From contig JAYWIR010000017.1 in assembly GCA_036172245.1 (NCBI GenBank), positions 3,286,001 through 3,350,000 on the forward strand: DNA of 64,000 nt, given 5' to 3'. Source of the DNA: Raillietiella orientalis (taxonomy: Eukaryota). The notes beneath the pieces are model-generated. The model made no database searches and was not told the DNA's origin. It saw only the letters and a list, made by a program, of their open reading frames with translations. A program made the position numbers and the translations under genes. Below, piece by piece: positions 38,531 to 52,400 of this stretch. How positions within the stretch are numbered: position 1 is the stretch's first letter; each line of letters begins with the position of its first letter.

Positions 38531-39059
38531 GACGTGGCACCGGTCCTCGTCTGATGATGTCTTCCGGTTCTTGAACTTTTTCTTTCTTTGTCGTGCTCTT
38601 TCCCATGTTTCTGATCCAAGTCGTCACTGGGTCTTCGAAATGTCTTCAGATCGATCCCCGCTAAACATCACTGCTTAGCTAAACATCTCAAGACCCCATT
38701 TTCCCTGCAACATTTCCCTGATCATTGGATCCCGGATTGCTGGTCCTTTTGATGCAGATGGTAAAATCCTAGGTACGGTGACCTTGAGGTAATAACTTCT
38801 ACACCAAGAAACCTCTCTTACATCCTCACAGCTCCTCATGCGTGCTGCACTCATCATCAGTAGTCCAAGAGGAGAGGGGGAAATTGAATTCTGAATGAAG
38901 GGGGAAAATCGCATGAGATTTCCAAATGCATGGAACGGCTGGATCTAACTCCAGTGTTGTGCAGCTTAGAACCTGCCTTCATCTGATTTGTCTGCTTTCC
39001 TACAAGGAGCACAATGACCCTCTGAACCGAAGAGTCAGCTCCTATTCCGAAGACTAGCC

Positions 39060-40590
39060 CATGCGGCCACTTCGTATTGGTGAACGAACGCTCTGCTGAG
39101 GCCCTGCACGATTACTGGATAAGCAAGCAGCTGACCCCAAGGGATTGACCTCGTTGCTCTCCTGTGGCACTAGAGCTTGTCCCGATACAGGAGCCAGCCT
39201 CGGCGTATGGTTTCTTTTGAGCAGGATCAAAGCTGGAACTCCTGTTCGCCTACGGACTGCAGCACCTGGAAACAGGGAACAGCGCTGGAAACCAACAAAG
39301 CGAGCCTGGGAAGATTGAGGTGCCTGAGGCTCCTCTAGCATGCTCACTGCTGGTCGCAGAAGATGCTGGAAAGCTCCATGGAGAAACATGCGCTGGGCGC
39401 AAAGTACCCCGCTTGCAGCAATGTTGCCCTTCCTGCGGGAGAACCAGAAAGGTGAACGGCTCTCAAGACAGATCACCTACGAAATCGCGGGAAGGATAAA
39501 GAAGTTAAAATGCTATTTAACCATCAACTTTTTGATGCTTTTACCACCCTCAGTCCCCTTCTGATACTTTGGAGAAGCACTCCCTTCGAGGGAGGTACGG
39601 TACGTGATGGAAGTCTCTCCCCTCTCTCCCGAAAGAAGGGACGGCTCCATTTTCACAACCGGAGGGGAACTCGGAAAGGAATCGACTCCTTGATTTTGGA
39701 AGGACTCCGGAGGGTCGACTTCCAGTCCCATCCAGTCAAACGGACGCAAATCTCCGGAAGGAGGAAAACACTGGGCGAGTGGACGACGGGCCAGCTCATC
39801 AACGCTGCGATCACGATTGCTTGACCTCGTGGACTTTTGCTCTAGGGCGTCCTACTGGGTGTTCCAGAGGAAGACCTGTAGTGGCTCCCGGTGCTCACGA
39901 ACACCCGCAGCCTCCCCTTAAAGTGAGGAGTCGGCACTGTTGCTGCTGAACTGGGGCCTCCTGTGCAACGCCCGCCGGCATCATTGGACACGGGAGGGAG
40001 ACATGGACTCAAACTGTTCAAGGTGCAGGGAGAGGGAATCCCTTCTGCACCTCCTAGTGGACTGTGTTGCTCTCCGGTTCCTTTGGGTACGCTTCGCAGC
40101 GACCTTTGGAATCCCCGGCGGCAACCCCAGAGAGGTGATGTGGCTCTTCTTTGCGCGAGACGCCCTGTGGCCCTTGCAGCACTTTCCTGAGTTCGTGGGA
40201 TCGCGGCAGGGTGGAGCGAAGCCCAATGAGTAGGCAACAACAAAGACGCCATCCACTTTGCTCTTCGCCTTTTATGGATGGAGATCAGATGGCCCAACAT
40301 CTCCATAAGCAAGATCTTGTTGGTATTCTCCAAACGATTCAGAGGACCGCCCCCAGTCGGCTAAGATTCCTTCCCGTAAGCCCCCAAAATTGTTGTATTT
40401 TTGTTTTCTTTATTTTTCTTCTTGTTCACCCCTCCCCTCTGCTGCTTTGGTGATCCTCACCGGTCTGCGAACCGGTAACACAGCAGTGTATCTACAGAAA
40501 GGACGTGGTTGGACCACCGGTTCAACCTCAAAAATTGTAAATGCTTGTTTCATTTTTAAATAAACGTCCCGGCGAACCCGAGTCAAAAAC
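39060..40590 (+). mobile_element. 5'-truncated L1/Tx1-like retrotransposon 3' part
   Basis: SLGVWF remnant (~39200). ORF 39940..40233: WGLLCNARRHHWTR...CSRCRERESLLHLLVDCVALRFLW (CCHC zf-RVT-like). UTR ends AATAAACGTCCCGGCGAACCCGAGTCAAAAA. Confidence 0.78.
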
Positions 40591-40609
40591 TAGTGCCGCA
40601 TCCGAAGCC

Positions 40610-41512
40610 TGCAGATCAACCAGCGTCATCCTGCGGGGGAGACCAGAAACTCCGATCCTTGGTGTCGTTCCTTCCCCAGGTGGTATTCACACCCGCGAAG
40701 CTTGTTACCACACGCAAAGACCGTAGCCATACGCAGACCAGCCAACGCGGACTCTCCTCTGTGCGGATCTCTTCGGAATCCCCTTGGAAGAAGTGGAGAT
40801 CTCCCGCGGTGTTTTTGGAGAGCTCCATGCTCCCCTTGAAGTAGGCAAACCTCGGCGCTGCGAGCGTTGCTCTGTGTCGTCCCCACTGGGCAAGGGGAAG
40901 TGTGGACTCGGACCGTGCCCGGTGCGGTGAAAGGGAAAATAAAGGGCACCTGCTTTTCGAGCGTGTTGCCCTCTGGAGTGTTCGGGAACGTCTCGCTGCG
41001 ACCCCGCAATCCCCAAGAGGCAACGTATGAAAGCGCCTCTTTACGTGGCGCAGAGCAGCATCTCCTGCCGCGTCCATCGCAGCTCTGTGCTGCCTCCGCG
41101 GAGCAGCGGCAGGAGCAGCTGAGCCGAAAGAGACCTTTCACACAAGGTCTCATTCGGCGACGGTCTCTTTCGGTCTCTTCACACAAGGACGCCATCGCAA
41201 ACGTCCGTTCTCTTTCGAAGAGAACCTCATTCGACGCTCCGACTACGACGAAAAGAGGAGGAACTCACCTGCATCTTGGGCAGGATGCAGTTCTCAGAGA
41301 TCCCTCCCCATGACCTCCGGTATTTTTCAAGAACACTCCGTGTGCGTTTTTTGTCGTTGTTGTTTACTTCCTTCCCTCTTGCGCGAACCTCCGTCGGCAA
41401 GCTGATCGCGAGCAGCCGTTTGCCAAAGTAGCGGGATTATGACAGCACTTATAAATTTGAATTCGACAGTTTATATGTAAATACGTCTTTACAGAAAACG
41501 CCCCGGGGTGAC
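40610..41512 (+). mobile_element. Older L1/Tx1-like 3' fragment in tandem with the previous copy
   Basis: ADLFGIPLEEVEI / ESSMLPLK* aligns with GELFSIQLEEFEV...LLPLKW. T-rich UTR and aaaacgccccggggtgacc terminus. Confidence 0.62.
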
Positions 41513-42449
41513 CGCACGCAAGCATTCCCTGCTCCGAAGCGCGAGCGAGCTCTGGACTTGTGTCTCGTGCAACTGCCGATCAGACGTGAGACTGTCCGGA
41601 TGGCTTCTATCGCTGGTTTCGATGAAGACAATTTCACTTTCCACTTTCTCTTCTCGCCTGTTCTTTCGCAACGATGGGCAGAAGGGGAACTCTTCCAGCA
41701 CGGAAGCTCCTGGTTTCCAAAGTCCGTCCGCAGAAGCACTTTCCATCACCGCGAATTTCTTGTCTGCAGATTCTCGGTACGCAGCCGCCACCTCCGACGA
41801 AGGTCATGCTCGACCAAAGATCACCCCACGAGCAAAGCAATCAATCCGCAGTTGCAGTTCCGCTTTTTTCCGTATGATATTCCAGATTATTTCTGGGTTC
41901 AGTTTCTTTTACTTTTCTTTTTTTTTTTCTTCCTCTTCGAGGGAAGAAAAAAAAAAAAGCCAAAGCAAAGTCTGACCGCTTATCAGAAAGCCAGCTTGCA
42001 TCTGTTGTTGCATAGAGAGATCATCAAAAAGATTGGCTTTTAAGGTCATGAAAATGAGGATTTTCAGATGATTAGTCGAGGATGGCCTGACAAATTTGAG
42101 AAGCAGAAACTTTCAATTCCAGACATGGATTCTTTCCAGAAAGAGATATCAGGAAAGAAAAAAAAAAACAATCCTAGGCTTTCAGTGGGCCAGAGGGATT
42201 AGAAAGAGCGCATATCCAACCCGAAAAACAAATCACAATCCGTGACAGAAGCCCACTGCAGTCTAAAACGCGTTTTTTCAAGGCTAGTTCAAGAGCATTC
42301 GAGATCAAGAACCTTAGCAGAGACGAAAAATCGCCAACTCTTGATCGATATCCTTTCGTAGTAGCTGAAAGTTGACCCCTTGCGCCGGCCATTTGCCCGC
42401 GCAGCGAATGCTCGGTGTCAGCCCGATGGCGAAGTTCGAAAATTGCAAA

Positions 42450-43200
42450 CCCGGACAAACATTGGCGCACTCATCATCATGAGTGGTCCTGATCCCTTTG
42501 CCCGCTTCTGATCCTTCTACAGTTCGGGATAACGACGACGTGACCACGGCTCCTCATCCCAAGTCAAAGGTCCTCATCGCTCCCTTTAACCTTTTCGCTC
42601 CTAACGCCAGCTGTACCGGCACCCACGAAATGATCTGTGGATACAGGCGGCGGCTGTGGCAGCCGAGCTCAAAGCAGCAGTGGAAACAAGAGAATAAACG
42701 ATGATGATTGCTCATGTTTGCTCACGTATCCTGAGTACGATGGCTGCATTTTACTGACGAGCGCAGATTCAGTGCCGGTCCTCTGTACAAAATACGGAAA
42801 ATGATTGATACATCCATGCAGTGGTTTGTTGTCAACCTTATCAAAACTTACGTATAGTTGAAAGTCTGCTCCCATACAAAGACCTTTTACGCAATTTATT
42901 CCAGAGAAGAAGAATAGATTTTGTGTACAATCATCCATTTTTTGCGACCTTAAAACAGGTTGTGTCCAAGGGTTCATTATTCATACAGCATCTAGTACTA
43001 GCATAGTACGAGTACTCGATATAAAGATATCGGAAGATTCGAAAGTGCCATATCGACACTTTGAAGTCCTTTACTGATAAGAAGGGGTTATGCGTATCTC
43101 CCCATTTTAAAGCATGCCATAGCGAATTATATTATTAACTTATATTATCATTCATCTATTAAGCTATTAATTATGCTACTGATTCATTTGGAATGGGTCG
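42450..43200 (-). pseudogene. Possible N-like remnant of EVE-B
   Basis: RYG...NPWTQPVLRSQ...HFPYF (ORF 42669..42977) loosely parallels RHGM...KHPW at 57850-57930. Positional fit. Confidence 0.22.
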
Positions 43201-44199
43201 ATCGTTGTGATTCCTTATTATTAAGCGCAGTTAAGTACACCGGCGTAGGATAGCAGACTCAGAACGTGAGACAGCGTCCACGCGGACAGTGTACACTCGT
43301 CCCGTTCTGACAGCCAGCCGCTCCGTAGCCAGAGGGCTAAAAGTAAGCCGCTTTGCCATCACCCAAGAGAATCTCAAGCACGCAACTTTCCAGCTGTTTT
43401 CCAGGTCTCTCTCTCACTCAGGTCTCTCCTGGTGCTTCTTTGGTAGGACACAGGAAGAAAGGATTGGACCCGTTTGAAGATCTCTTCTCCATAACGAGGG
43501 AGAATTGAAATCCAGTAAACCCGAATCGGGAGATCAGAGCTGAGAAATTTCTCACTCGGGGAAGCGAGAGATGGACGTATCTTCAGTCACTGCATCAACG
43601 ATCAAATCATGATCAAGGAAAGACATGATGAATTGGTGATTCGGATTTAGATGGTTTCTATGAGACACAGACCCTCAATCAGCCTATCTTGAAACCAGTT
43701 TTGGAGCTGCGTCTACCGAAGAGACAGGCTGAGTTCATTAAAAAAGAAGCAGTGTCCTCGAAATCCAATACTGCGGTGATAGATGCTGGGAAACACTGCT
43801 CTTGCCGAAAGCACCCTCAAGGACTGCATACTGACCGTGAGGACGAATATAAGCAAAGCAAATCTGAAAGATGGCGAGGCTCCTCCTTTCCATTTGCTTA
43901 CATCCACCTCTCGTTTTCAACATGGATGTAAACAAGACAGCGTGAACAAAACGAGTTTGCTTTTCTGCAGCAGCAGAAGTGCAGAGTGATGGCAGAGTCT
44001 TCGAGGTCGTTTATGCCAGGAAAAAGTGAGGAAACTCGCAGATAAAACTGAACGGGGCGACAGGCAGGCAAAGCAACTCATAGTGGAGGAGGAAGTGGAC
44101 TAGAGTAAAAGTGCTTCGACGAGCTATCTATAAGATAAAGGTCACGTGAGTTCCCTTCGCTGGAATTTGCAGCTCGTCGTACGGTCCAAATCAGTACAA

Positions 44200-45500
44200 A
44201 AGGTGCTACCAGAGGAGAGCGAATTTCTAACTTTCGAGCTTCGACTTCTTGCCGGTTCTAAGTGAATGAGAAGGTCTTTATTCGGTGCAAAATCATATTA
44301 GGAAGTCTTACCAAAGAGCAGATTACTCAATCACCAGCCTGAAGACAAATCGGAAGACACTGGGGCAAACGGTTGGAGTACTTATGCACTGCATGTGCAT
44401 ATGCAATGAAATAAAATGTGTTTATTGCGCGTCTGACTAGAGGAGGTAATGTAGGCGCTACATGCAGAATGTTCAAACAAGAGATCTAGAGCATCCATAA
44501 AGCAAAAAAAACTGAGAGAGCAAGGATGCTCTTAGGTTCCTATCCTGAAGTAGAGCAAGGAGAGCTGGAAAGACGAAGCCGTACTTGAAGAAAGCAGCAA
44601 GCAGGAAATTCGTGGAAACGAAAACTGGAAGTGCATGCAAGCATCAGTTTCGCTCTTATTGTTTGTTGATTGCACTCTCCCATCAGTTCATCGATCTGGA
44701 TATTGGCGCATCTGATACATGAATACGAAGAGACCGACTGGTCTCTTATCTCATGAAGGAGCATCAGCAAAGGTACAGATGCTGCCCAAAATCAGGCTCA
44801 GAGTACACTGATGAAGAAACTTCTGATTCCCATGATGTAAGCTCTCTAAGACATCTATGAAGATCTGTTTCCGATTTCAAAAACAAGGACCTAAGCTGCT
44901 CATAGCAAGGAAAACCCTATTCCAACGGAACAAGTCGGACGCACAGAGATCAGAGACCAACATACGGTTTTTGTGGATTATAGCGTTGATTAAAACCTTA
45001 TCTGCACTCACATGTGATGCTGAATTTCTTGAAAGTCTGAAGTGCCCATCACGTGCGCGTGTTCAGACTCCGCAGTGTTTCCAAAGAAACCGGCATTTGT
45101 TTTTCTATCAGGCAAGCTCGAACTGCCACTTACTGGTTCTGCTGCTGGAAGATTGCCTGCGTAGGTTGATGGAATTGATTGCTTTTCAAACAGCTCACCG
45201 AAAATATTTTGGTGGATCTTCCTGGTCTACTTTAAGGAATAAAATGAAGGCGTCTTGCATGGCAGCAGATGAAATAGCAGTGTCTAAAACTTCTGATTCT
45301 GAAAGAAGCACCACTCAAACGACCCTCATAAATGCACAGGGAAACTGGGGAGGCAATCATCATCACAAGATTGAATCTGCTCGTTGACCAAGAGATGCAA
45401 AAGGAAGGTCGTGAGTTTCGTATGGTTCCTGCTAGTGATTGCTTGAAATTCAAGGGGTGGAAGAGTGTTCCGGGAATAAACATAGAAGCAGGGCACATCC
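44200..45500 (+). mobile_element. Possible very old LINE endonuclease/RT remnant
   Basis: Weak ordered remnants: CVYCA (~NVYAP), MLLGSY (~GDFN), SGYW, LPA*VDG (~PG.DG). Confidence 0.28.
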
Positions 45501-46499
45501 CTGATTCGTTCGGTGCACACCGAATTCATTGAGGGAACAGTTCTGTGAGATGAAACGAGGAAAGTCGCATCTCGCGCTTTCCAGAAAACCAATTTGCATT
45601 GCCTTGGAAAGAAAAAAAAAAAGAAGGAAAGAAAGGAAGTTGGTTTCTTCAGGTACACGGGAAGGGGATGGAAGGTAAATACTGATGGAAACATGCGCTT
45701 CTGTTTATATCTAGATCTCGAAAGTACAATCAGGCAAAACTCACTGATAAATGAAACCTTTGCCTTAGGAGCTTAAAACCTACGGAGGTAACTTTCTTCG
45801 CCCCTTCCGTGATCTTCGAGTGCTCAGTTTTCAGCCTAACCGGAAGTGATCGGATTCCAAGAAAACTTTTCAACCCGCGTGATGAGTATCAGTAAATGCA
45901 TTTGATCGGTAGTTTGACAGTTTCTTAATTCCCGTCGCAAGGATGGCAGAAGCAACACGCTGCTGCCTATGGGAGTGAGCTGGCTTTTTGGTGAGAGTCT
46001 GGAGTAAAGACCAGAACAGTGTCTCAACCCCAAGGAAGGAATCCGAGTAAGGACATCCGCGCGGATAGCCAAGCAAATGCCAGTTCAAGACGTACCAAAC
46101 CGAGATCACCAGAGGAAAAACACACGACGTGAAGCACTGCAAAACATGCAGCGTGTACCTATCAGTCTCAGTATGCCTATCTCCATCCATGCTCTGAAGC
46201 ATGGGTGGAAATAATCAAAGAATGATATTAATGAAAGAAAAAAACAAACAAATCGGTGATATCTGGAGTCTGGTTGCTGCGGGTTGAATGTCGAAAATGT
46301 AACTTTCAAGGCAACGAAAAAGAACAGATTTCGATTCCTTTTCCTCCTCATCCCGGAAGCGGAATGCTGAGAGAAAATGGGAAAGAAACAGCACTTCCTC
46401 AGACTCAAAAAGAAGGCACTAACGGAAAGAAAATAATGCGGCGGTATCGGAAAAATGTCTCCAAATGCCCAAATCAGTCTATGTTCCAAAGCTCACCTT

Positions 46500-49400
46500 C
46501 TGGTCTTGGAGACTCATTCGAAATGGCATCAGATGCAACAAAGTTCTCTTCACAAAAGAAGGAAGCAAAAAAAAAAAAAGAATTGAAAAAAAATTTATAA
46601 ATCATTTTGAAATGATTAGGACAATTTTTTTGGCTTCACAGATGCTTGCTAAACGGCTCCGTTCAGTGAAAGGTGTTGCCTCCTGTTGCCTGCAGCGGGA
46701 GGCATTTCATACAGCAATTTGCAAAAACTCTTAAGAAAGATTATGTTGGAGAATTCGTGAGGAAGCTGGAGCGGATCTCGTGCTTGCTACTGTGTCCTGT
46801 GTCTGTGTGATTTCTCGTTCTTGCACATCCTCATGGAGCGGTGATCGTCAAGACGATAAACTCCGCATCAGATAAGAACTCCGGTCCATAAAAGCATTCA
46901 TTGTGCTGCTCAACCGGAGAGAGGAGAAATCTCTCAAAAGCCAAGAAACTTTCCTCCGAGTGAATACAAGCTGAACAGCTTGCGGGAGCGTACCTTCGAG
47001 CTGACGAAGAAGGCAAGATGCAGACTATGGAAACAGATCTCAAAGCGCATCAGCTCACAGGATCTTGAGCACCGAGAAAAGATCACAATCCCTTATATTT
47101 CGAATGTCTCGAGGCACGCATAATCCGAATCAGTTAGATGATTGGCATCATGTGTGCTGGTGTCTTTTTCTTACCTCAGTTTCTGGAATGACTCTTGCAT
47201 TTTAGAAAGGAAGATAGGTAAAAACTTCACTTTCTACAGTTCGCATTTTGCTAGTTAATTCTATTACCGACTGCCAATGTTTACGCAATTTACTGAAAAC
47301 ATCAATTCTCAAATGGTTGATTAAATAGCTTGTGATCCGAGTGGTTCACATCTGATGGTCGGCCTGGAAAATCTTTCTTTTGATTCTGTGAAAAACTCGT
47401 GAAGAGCACTGCTTGTTTGTTTGTTTGTTTTTGAAAAAAATATATATAAAAATTCAAATTGATTTTTTCTCAAAATAATTGTAGCCTGCCTTGAAATGGT
47501 GAAATCGTTTTTTAGATTCTGTGCTGTATACCTTAGAAATTTTGTGGAGAGACGACGATTTTGTGGGTTTAACACTGGAATGCAACCAGAGGAGCTTCAA
47601 GGCACACATAGTTGTATTGCCTTCCCCGAAATCAGTGCTTTCCTTCCCTATGGAAGGACACTACACTATCAGCGATCCATCATGATCCTGCAAAATGTAG
47701 GTACACAAGAGCTCCAGCCATGCTCCTAACCACAGTGATGTGGAACGACGGTTATAGTCTGCAAGCAGCAGCTGTCCGGCAGATGAAAAGGCTCTTTCAG
47801 GCCAAGAAGTCGAACCAGCCGTGTTCTGTGAGCTGCGCTCTGCAGTCTTTCATCCCTCTCCAAGAAGAAGAAGAAGAATCGATTGAGTCGATTTTGCCTG
47901 GAAACCGATTGTTCTCACCTTCATCATCTCTCTTTTTCAAATGGATCAGATGTACTGTGCATTCTGCTTGCACACACTTCCGTATGCCCAGGTAGACTGT
48001 ATGTAGGTGAGCTTCTGTAGAACGTATACACACATCAATATGCACATCTCTATGTGCTAACATCGTGTGAACATCTAACGTGGATATGGCATGTACATTT
48101 TTGTTCTCTATGCTTTGATGCTTTGATACAGTGCTTTGGTGTACGCACGCATACGCTAGAGAAATTATATGGAAAATTCATTCACACATTCATGTGTATA
48201 CAAACACATCTATCAGAATAAACGTATATCCAAATAAGAAAGTGTCTGTATACTTACGTATTTATTGAGCAATGTGATGCAAAGTATGTAAATGTAATCA
48301 CAAGTGTACATAACTAAAAATTTATCAGTCTCAGTATATATTTACATAGCTGTATGCAAATTTATATGTAGCACGTGATACGCGAACATGCACTGCTTTC
48401 TTGAATATATAAGAGTATGTATTGTATGCTCATGTGTGTGTTATATATGCAGGAATACATGTGATGATTATGAATGGATAATTATACGGTTATATGCATG
48501 ACCAATGTATATAGATTGATGTGCATGGAAATGAATTTACGCTATAGGGGAATGTTTCCGATTGGTACATTTCAATTTTGACTCTTTTACATTAAAGGTA
48601 CGTGTATTTGTCTCCATAGATTCTCATGTTCATATATACTTTCATAAATTCATTCCTGTGAAAGTATTCGACGTGCGCATGTACGCTTACTACATAAGAC
48701 AGCTGGGAGGATATTTCCTAGAGCGCCATGTTCCGATGTTCTTGCGTCGTTCATGTGGCGATTATGTATTTTGCGCTGTGATTCCTCAATTGAGTTTCCT
48801 GGAGAAAATGTCTGAAGGCAGCAGCACTGGAGAGCAATTACAGGAGAGGTGAGCTTTCATCTCTGATTAGAAAGCTCTTCAACGGCGATAGATTCGGAGC
48901 ATGGGGGAGAGTTCATCATTTTAAGCAGGGCGAATGCAAATAAAGGCGCGTGATCTATGGTAATGCCGAAAAAAAAAAAAAAACTTCTGGAGGAACTGCA
49001 TAGGAGTGCCACTTCACCAACGTGGAGCCTGCTACAAAGAGCAAGTTGTAAGATGCAGCTGGAAGAAGAATCATTCCTCCAGGGGGATAAGGAAGGAAAT
49101 AGGGGGTGCGCAGCAGTTTGAGAACGAAACAGCTAAGTGCTCCTGCAGAAACAGCTTCACGCACGAGTACCGCGATGCCTGATGCGCTCTCGGCACTGTC
49201 CCAATGGTGAAACAAATTGGAAGAAGGATGCGCTTTTCTTGTTCCCAACAGAATCGAAATCAAGTACAGCAACCGCTCAAGGTGCCGTAGACACGTCCAA
49301 TGCCTGTAGCAATGTAACAGGAGTGCATCACAAAGTGTTGTCGAGAAGCTCTCATTTGTTTGGCTCCTGTCCACTCGGGAAGATGGCGTTCATTATTATA

Positions 49401-52400
49401 AGTATGGGACTTCAGCACCCAGTAATTTTCCGATGATGATCGTTAGCGCCGTTTTTGCCGATGCCTTCGTACCGTTTGGACATTCAAGTCGCCTGTAAGA
49501 GTGGCACATCAGAAAACGATACTCGAGTTCAGAATTTCATCACATATCATGTCCAGTCACACAAGGAGGACGTGATTCATTCGACGTGAAAGACCCGTGG
49601 AAAGGAAAAGCACCGGTGCGCCTGGTTGTTTTAAATCAAACCAATGAAGCTCTTGACGTCTCAAGAAGAATCGTGGCTTGAGTTTTAAAAAAATGGCTTT
49701 AAAGAAGAAGCGCTCATTCTGCAGGAAGCGATAAAAAAGAAGCAAAAAAAAGGTGACCAAGGAAGAACTCGATAAGGGAGATGCAACGATGCGAAAAGGT
49801 GCCTTGAAAAAGATGTATTCCGATGTATAGGGTTGAAGAGACCATTCGTAGTCAGTCCGCATGTTCCGAAGGGAAGGCGAAAGAATACAACCACAACATT
49901 GATAAAGGAGATATCGGCTTGGATCTCATCATCTAGAATCTCCATTGTGACATCTATGATCTCTTCCGACCATCTGTGTGAAGCTGACTAAATATTCACC
50001 GATTCTTTCCGGAAGCTCCATCAGCTGGAGTGAGAGCATGCTTGCATCCAGACCGGTGGTCCCGATCTGACCTGCCTCAGCCAGTGAGTGGAAAACTGGG
50101 AAATTGTCGTAGTCTTTGTTTGATTCAAAGGAATGGCTTCGGCTTTCATTGGAATGCCCTGGTCGATGTGTCGAAGATCCCGTTGGAAGCGGATTCTCAT
50201 TTTCTTGGGTGCACAAAAAGTTCGTCAGGGATGCCCCTTCAAACATTCTAGAATTTTCTTTGGTTCACTGGCAGATAAATAGGAGAGTTAGATTTGACCT
50301 CTCAGCATCCATAGTTTAGCTCCTAGTTCCCCTTAGTCCCATCGTTCGCGGACCTACGACACAGTGCGTGGGAATGTCATTGTACTTTCCGTCAGTCAAT
50401 ATTCCATCTATCCGAGGAGCTTGCAGGGTGGTTGCAGAGCAGTCTAGAATATTCCATTTATTAAACATAGGATCTTCTTCAGAGAGTACGATGATGGCTG
50501 AGGTTACAGAAACCATCTCTTGGCTTTCATTACGGAATCATATTTGAATAGCACGCATCAATCACGTGCCTTCGCTCGAAAAAAAAAATAATAATAATAA
50601 TCCGCATCTCTCTGTTTCATGATGTAACTATGAGGAGCTCAATAAATTTCAGCATCAGGACCATTTTTCTGGAGTGCGGAGTCTTAAATTCCCCGAGGGA
50701 GTGAAATCGATTTCTTTTGTTGCTCATGCTGACACGACCTTACGCCCAGCCTGATGCTACACGTTCCCTTCGATTCCTGTGTATTTTAGACTCCAGCTTG
50801 CACCTCGCACCAGTGCTTAAGACATTCATTTCCTCGAAACTTACTTTATGGAAACGGCACCTTTGTGGTGCTGCAAATCATCTCGATTACTCTCAGAAAG
50901 TTCTTCAGCAAAAATGGGCATCCCATAACTCTTCCTGCATTTCGGAAATTTTTAATTCCGCTGCACCAGTTCCTGTATTAATCCGTGATTGGCTTGCACA
51001 TTACTGGATGCTTCGCGCGAGATCACAAACACACGCATCTCAATCTTCGAATTTCATCAGATGAGGATTCGAATAGGTGAGGTGCATTCCAGATTCTTGT
51101 GGGCCGAAAATGAACTCCACGGGGAAAAGCGCTTTGGAAACGATTCTCTGCGATTTACGGCAACAGACGGCTCCGAAGAGTGGCAAATGAGGAGTTGGAT
51201 TTTGAGGAAATATTTGGAAATACGAGAGCCCAGGCTGGACCGAAAATTTACGCGTGCCGTCTCGGTTTAAAGGGAGAGCAAAAGAGAGGAGACGGGAACG
51301 GATTCTTGTGAAACCAACAAAATCCCATGCTTCTGAGAAGAACCGCACCAAGGCGGCCGGAACATCCGCAAGGTGTTCAAGAAGAAAGTCGCCGATTCCT
51401 GCTGGAATTGATCCTTTGTGATCACTGTGTTTCACGAGAGAAATAATATTCCGCGGATCGCTGAAGAGTCTTCGTGCTCAGAAGGAAAAGTTGCATCTTC
51501 CCATCCGTGAGATAACCTCAAGGAACAGCAGTTCACACTTCTGCATGATTATCGAAGTTTACAAAGATAAAAACTTCTCTTTCTTTGACTTTCAAAATCA
51601 ACTTTTTTCTCGTTACTTTTCCCATTTTCATCAGCTCACTTTTTGGTCTTGTCCGCTGCAATGGCACCGTTATCGTAAGGTGTCCGATACATAAATCCAG
51701 AAGTTCTTTATCTGCTTCTGTCGCAGGGAGAGCACTTTTGCTTGCATCCAAATTTTCTGGACTGCATTCTTCTTGAGAGGAAAGCACAGACTTAAAAGCC
51801 TTGAACTCCAACCCTTTCTTTTCAAGGAGAGTTGGTGGCTGGAATATCGGCGTTCCGTTTATCGCTGCAGTTTGTTCGTTTACCTTCACGTGAGGATTCA
51901 GGAACAGCTCAGTCGTTTCCATCCCTGAGCTAAGAACTCGTGCTCATATATCCTTGTTGATTTTCATTTTCCGAGCTGGATGCATCTCAGAACAAAAGAT
52001 GGTTTCCATGGCTGAAAACACCTTTTCTCGGGAACTCTGTGAATGTGGGTTGCGGTACATCTCTCCAAGGGAACTGCGCACCAAAGTTTGTCGGTGCCTG
52101 GAATCTACATGAGACTTTTCAGTCCTGGCTGCATTAGATTTGAAGTTGAGTTGATTGCGAATTTTATCACCCATCCCATCTGTTGATCAGCGAGAGTAGA
52201 AAATGTTTCCATGGAAAGTAAGAGTGTTTCATTCTTTGAAAATAGAAGACGGACAAAATGTTTCCTATTGGGAACACAGAACCAAGTCCGACTGACCTTC
52301 CTGATTCTTCGACGAGCTTACAAATACGGTATACAGAAAGACGCATGTAAATACCAAACAAGCTGCATCTGTCCGCTGTAATCAGCTGTCCGGATGAATC

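Larger units (their letters stand above)
36050..39050 (-). pseudogene. G: EVE-B: decayed class III glycoprotein, split by the LINE at 37240-38530
   Basis: SCEDVREVSWCRSYY (C-x8-C before an aromatic loop, as in VSV G CHASKWVTTCDFRWY; ~38790-38835). Hydrophobic C-terminal GFLKHFGVLFQALFFSFL (~36190-36246) just upstream of L. Confidence 0.42.

Noticed and set aside
38928..38945. 17/18 match to the end of the 28S fragment (gcatggaacggct.gatc)
   Set aside because: Within chance expectation for a 64-kb self-comparison, with no flanking similarity.
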